From an uncultured Rickettsiales bacterium (lineage in GTDB: Bacteria; Pseudomonadota; Alphaproteobacteria; Rickettsiales; SXRF01), in NCBI GenBank assembly GCA_964518725.1, contig CAZFKP010000014.1:1066-65065 (forward strand): a stretch of DNA of 64,000 nucleotides, written 5' to 3'. A model generated the notes under the pieces. That model searched no databases and had not been told where the DNA came from. It worked only from the letters and a program-made list of their open reading frames with translations. The translations under genes were made by a program, and so were the position numbers. Shown piece after piece: positions 62,200 to 64,000 of this stretch. Numbering within the stretch: the first letter of the stretch is position 1; each line of letters opens with the position of its first letter.

Positions 62200-62846
62200 A
62201 AACCCATCGCATCACCCCAACAGCAATAAGTCTTCTGCTAGTATTATCAGGATGCTGGCAACGAGAGGTAATCTTGGATCGGGAATCACTCTCGATTGGA
62301 GGCATCAGACTTGGTGCACCACTTAAAGCAGCAGAACCATTCGGAAATGCTCGCCAATTTCACGAAGGTGATGCCGCGTCGTCGGCCGATAAAATCTGCT
62401 TCAACCTAAAGAATGGCGGTATCGTGGTAGCCAGTTCTAATCGTGAAATGGGGGATGGTACTACCGATGCAATTCGGATTGAGAATACTGATTTTCGCGA
62501 AAAATATCGGAATCCGTATGAAAAACTTCTTACTTACACTCGTTGCGGAACAAGCACGTGGTCGATCGCTAACCTGAAATTACCTCATGGCATAGAATTA
62601 GGACAAACACGCCGCGAAGTTGTTGCCTTGCTTGGCATAGGAAAAGACGTGTCGCAACCGCTTGATGGCGTCTCAACACTCGAATATTCTGAGGCTACCG
62701 AGTTACCAATAGATGCTTCTTTCCCAGCATGGTGGACCGAAAGGGGATGCGGGATTCCTACCCGACACTACGGATTAAGTATTCATCTCGATGAAAATGA
62801 CCGGGTGATTGGAATTAGTGTTTGGAAAACGGAACCTTCCTGTTAA
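62196..62846 (+). CDS. hypothetical lipoprotein
   Basis: Lipobox LLLVLSG-C after [15 protein letters not shown] start overlaps the dnaJ stop (GTGA). GC is visibly lower (~42-47% in sampled 60-nt lines) than in flanking genes. No domain recognised. Confidence 0.6.
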   Translation: MKTHRITPTAISLLLVLSGCWQREVILDRESLSIGGIRLGAPLKAAEPFGNARQFHEGDAASSADKICFNLKNGGIVVASSNREMGDGTTDAIRIENTDFREKYRNPYEKLLTYTRCGTSTWSIANLKLPHGIELGQTRREVVALLGIGKDVSQPLDGVSTLEYSEATELPIDASFPAWWTERGCGIPTRHYGLSIHLDENDRVIGISVWKTEPSC

Positions 62847-62855
62847 TAGTTTGGT

Positions 62856-63632
62856 ATGACGATGAAAATTGCCATTGCAGGGTGTATGGGACGGATGGGG
62901 CAGATGCTGATTACAGCGACCCTCGCCGATAGCCGTTTCACGCTTGCCGCCGGCAGCGAAAAGGGTGTCGTAGATACGGCGCGCCTGATGGCGCTTGGCG
63001 CCGCCCATATCATTGTCACCCCCGACGCTCAAACATTGGTCGGCGCCGCCGACGCCGTGATCGATTTCACCACACCGGAAAACAGCCTCGCCATTGCCGA
63101 AGCGGCTAGCGCCAAGGGCAGCATCCACATTATCGGCACCACCGGCTTCACCACAGAACAGCAAAAACAACTTGCCGGATTCGCACACAACGCCCGCATC
63201 GTACAATCGGGAAATTTTTCCCTCGGCGTGAACCTGCTCGAAAAGCTGGTTGAAGATGCTGCAAGGAAATTGGCAGACGATTACGATATCGAAATCTTCG
63301 AGATGCACCACCGCCACAAAAAAGATGCGCCATCCGGCACCGCGCTGATGCTAGGTGAGGCAGCAGCCCGTGGCCGCGGCATTTCACTGGCAGATAAAAA
63401 AGTGCTGGATAGGGATGGGGTTCGCGAACAAGGCGATATCGGTTTTTCGGTGGCACGTGGCGGCGACGTCGTGGGTATTCACACGGTAAGCTTCGCCGGC
63501 GGCGGCGAGCTGATCGAGCTGAAACACCAGGGTTTTTCCCGCGAGATTTATGCCAAGGGCGCCCTGCATGCCGCACTATGGGCGAAAGACCAAAAACCCG
63601 GGCTTTATTCGATGAAGGAAATTTTGTCCTAA
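62856..63632 (+). CDS. dapB: 4-hydroxy-tetrahydrodipicolinate reductase
   Basis: 258 aa with IAIAGCMGRMG NAD motif and EMHHRHKKDAPSGTA signature. Confidence 0.96.
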   Translation: MTMKIAIAGCMGRMGQMLITATLADSRFTLAAGSEKGVVDTARLMALGAAHIIVTPDAQTLVGAADAVIDFTTPENSLAIAEAASAKGSIHIIGTTGFTTEQQKQLAGFAHNARIVQSGNFSLGVNLLEKLVEDAARKLADDYDIEIFEMHHRHKKDAPSGTALMLGEAAARGRGISLADKKVLDRDGVREQGDIGFSVARGGDVVGIHTVSFAGGGELIELKHQGFSREIYAKGALHAALWAKDQKPGLYSMKEILS

Positions 63633-63683
63633 GAACTTCTTAAGAGTTAGCTGCTAGGTTCCCAGAATGACCCAGAGCGCCGC

Positions 63684-64000
63684 ATGCACGCCCCCCCTGA
63701 TCCTCTAAAACCAACTGCCAGAGCCGCCTTCACGCTAATCGAAATGTCGATCGTGCTGGTGATTATTGGATTGGTAGTAGGTGGCGTCCTCGTATCCAAA
63801 GAGATGATTCGTTCGGCTACAATTCGCAAGACGATTACTCAGAAGGAATCATTTTCGACGGCCGCCAATGCCTTCAAGCTCAAATTCGGATGTCTTCCGG
63901 GAGATTGCATTAGTGGTGCCGCACTTGGCCTATCCGGCGGAACCGGTAATCGAGACAATATTATCTACACCTACGGAAATAACTCGTCGCAATATTGGTT
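63684..64000 (+). CDS. prepilin-type N-terminal domain protein (partial, runs off window), paralog of 8291..9109
   Basis: Not in the ORF track because it is open at the window end. My translation from ATG 63684 is MHAPPDPLKPTARAA-FTLIEMSIVLVIIGLVVGGVLVSKEMIRSA..KFGCLPGDCISG. It shares the FTLxE-hydrophobic helix and the CLPGDC motif with the 8291 gene. Confidence 0.7.
   Translation, partial: MHAPPDPLKPTARAAFTLIEMSIVLVIIGLVVGGVLVSKEMIRSATIRKTITQKESFSTAANAFKLKFGCLPGDCISGAALGLSGGTGNRDNIIYTYGNNSSQYW

Overview
Densely packed chromosomal segment with an alphaproteobacterial gene repertoire and synteny: ihfA-merR, divK-pleD, ctaC-ctaD, gltD-gltB, tpiA-secG-pyrG-kdsA...eno-lpdA, ppiD-trpEGD, dnaK-dnaJ...dapB, plus htpG, acs, rapZ, hpf, tldD, ubiD, queG and grxC. 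I call about 65 protein genes and two tRNAs (Leu-CAG, Met/Ile2-CAT). I found no rRNA, CRISPR array, transposase, integrase or IS, and no defence or secretion-machine operon that I can name. Coding density is extreme: many same-strand overlaps of 1-4 nt, and seven convergent gene pairs with zero or negative spacing. The non-housekeeping content is scattered as single genes or very small clusters wedged into conserved blocks. These are a GTA-type holin next to two tandem paralogous helical orphans; a Sec-signal ankyrin-repeat protein and a TPR-like protein flanking htpG; three dispersed prepilin-type paralogs, one lacking any start codon or leader ahead of an intact G|FTLVE motif; a three-gene orphan cluster whose products carry glycine-zipper bilobed hydrophobic hairpins; a REC-only response regulator inserted in the secG-pyrG block; orphans between kdsA and eno, trpD and a tRNA, and dnaJ and dapB; and several envelope-modifying enzymes (GT2, GT-C, PagL-like, OafA-like). 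The few long intergenic gaps hold structured or repeat-rich DNA. Examples are a nested-hairpin leader at 38.07-38.18 kb, a perfect 14-bp palindrome flanked by direct repeats before a PAS histidine kinase, a perfect 18-bp hairpin overlapping a tRNA CCA end, and a long dnaK-dnaJ hairpin. I could not identify a multi-gene system whose function I can name. The best candidates for undescribed biology are the 11.6-14.4 kb orphan cluster and the pseudopilin family. All family assignments come from reading the translations and motifs from memory. No searches or computations were run.
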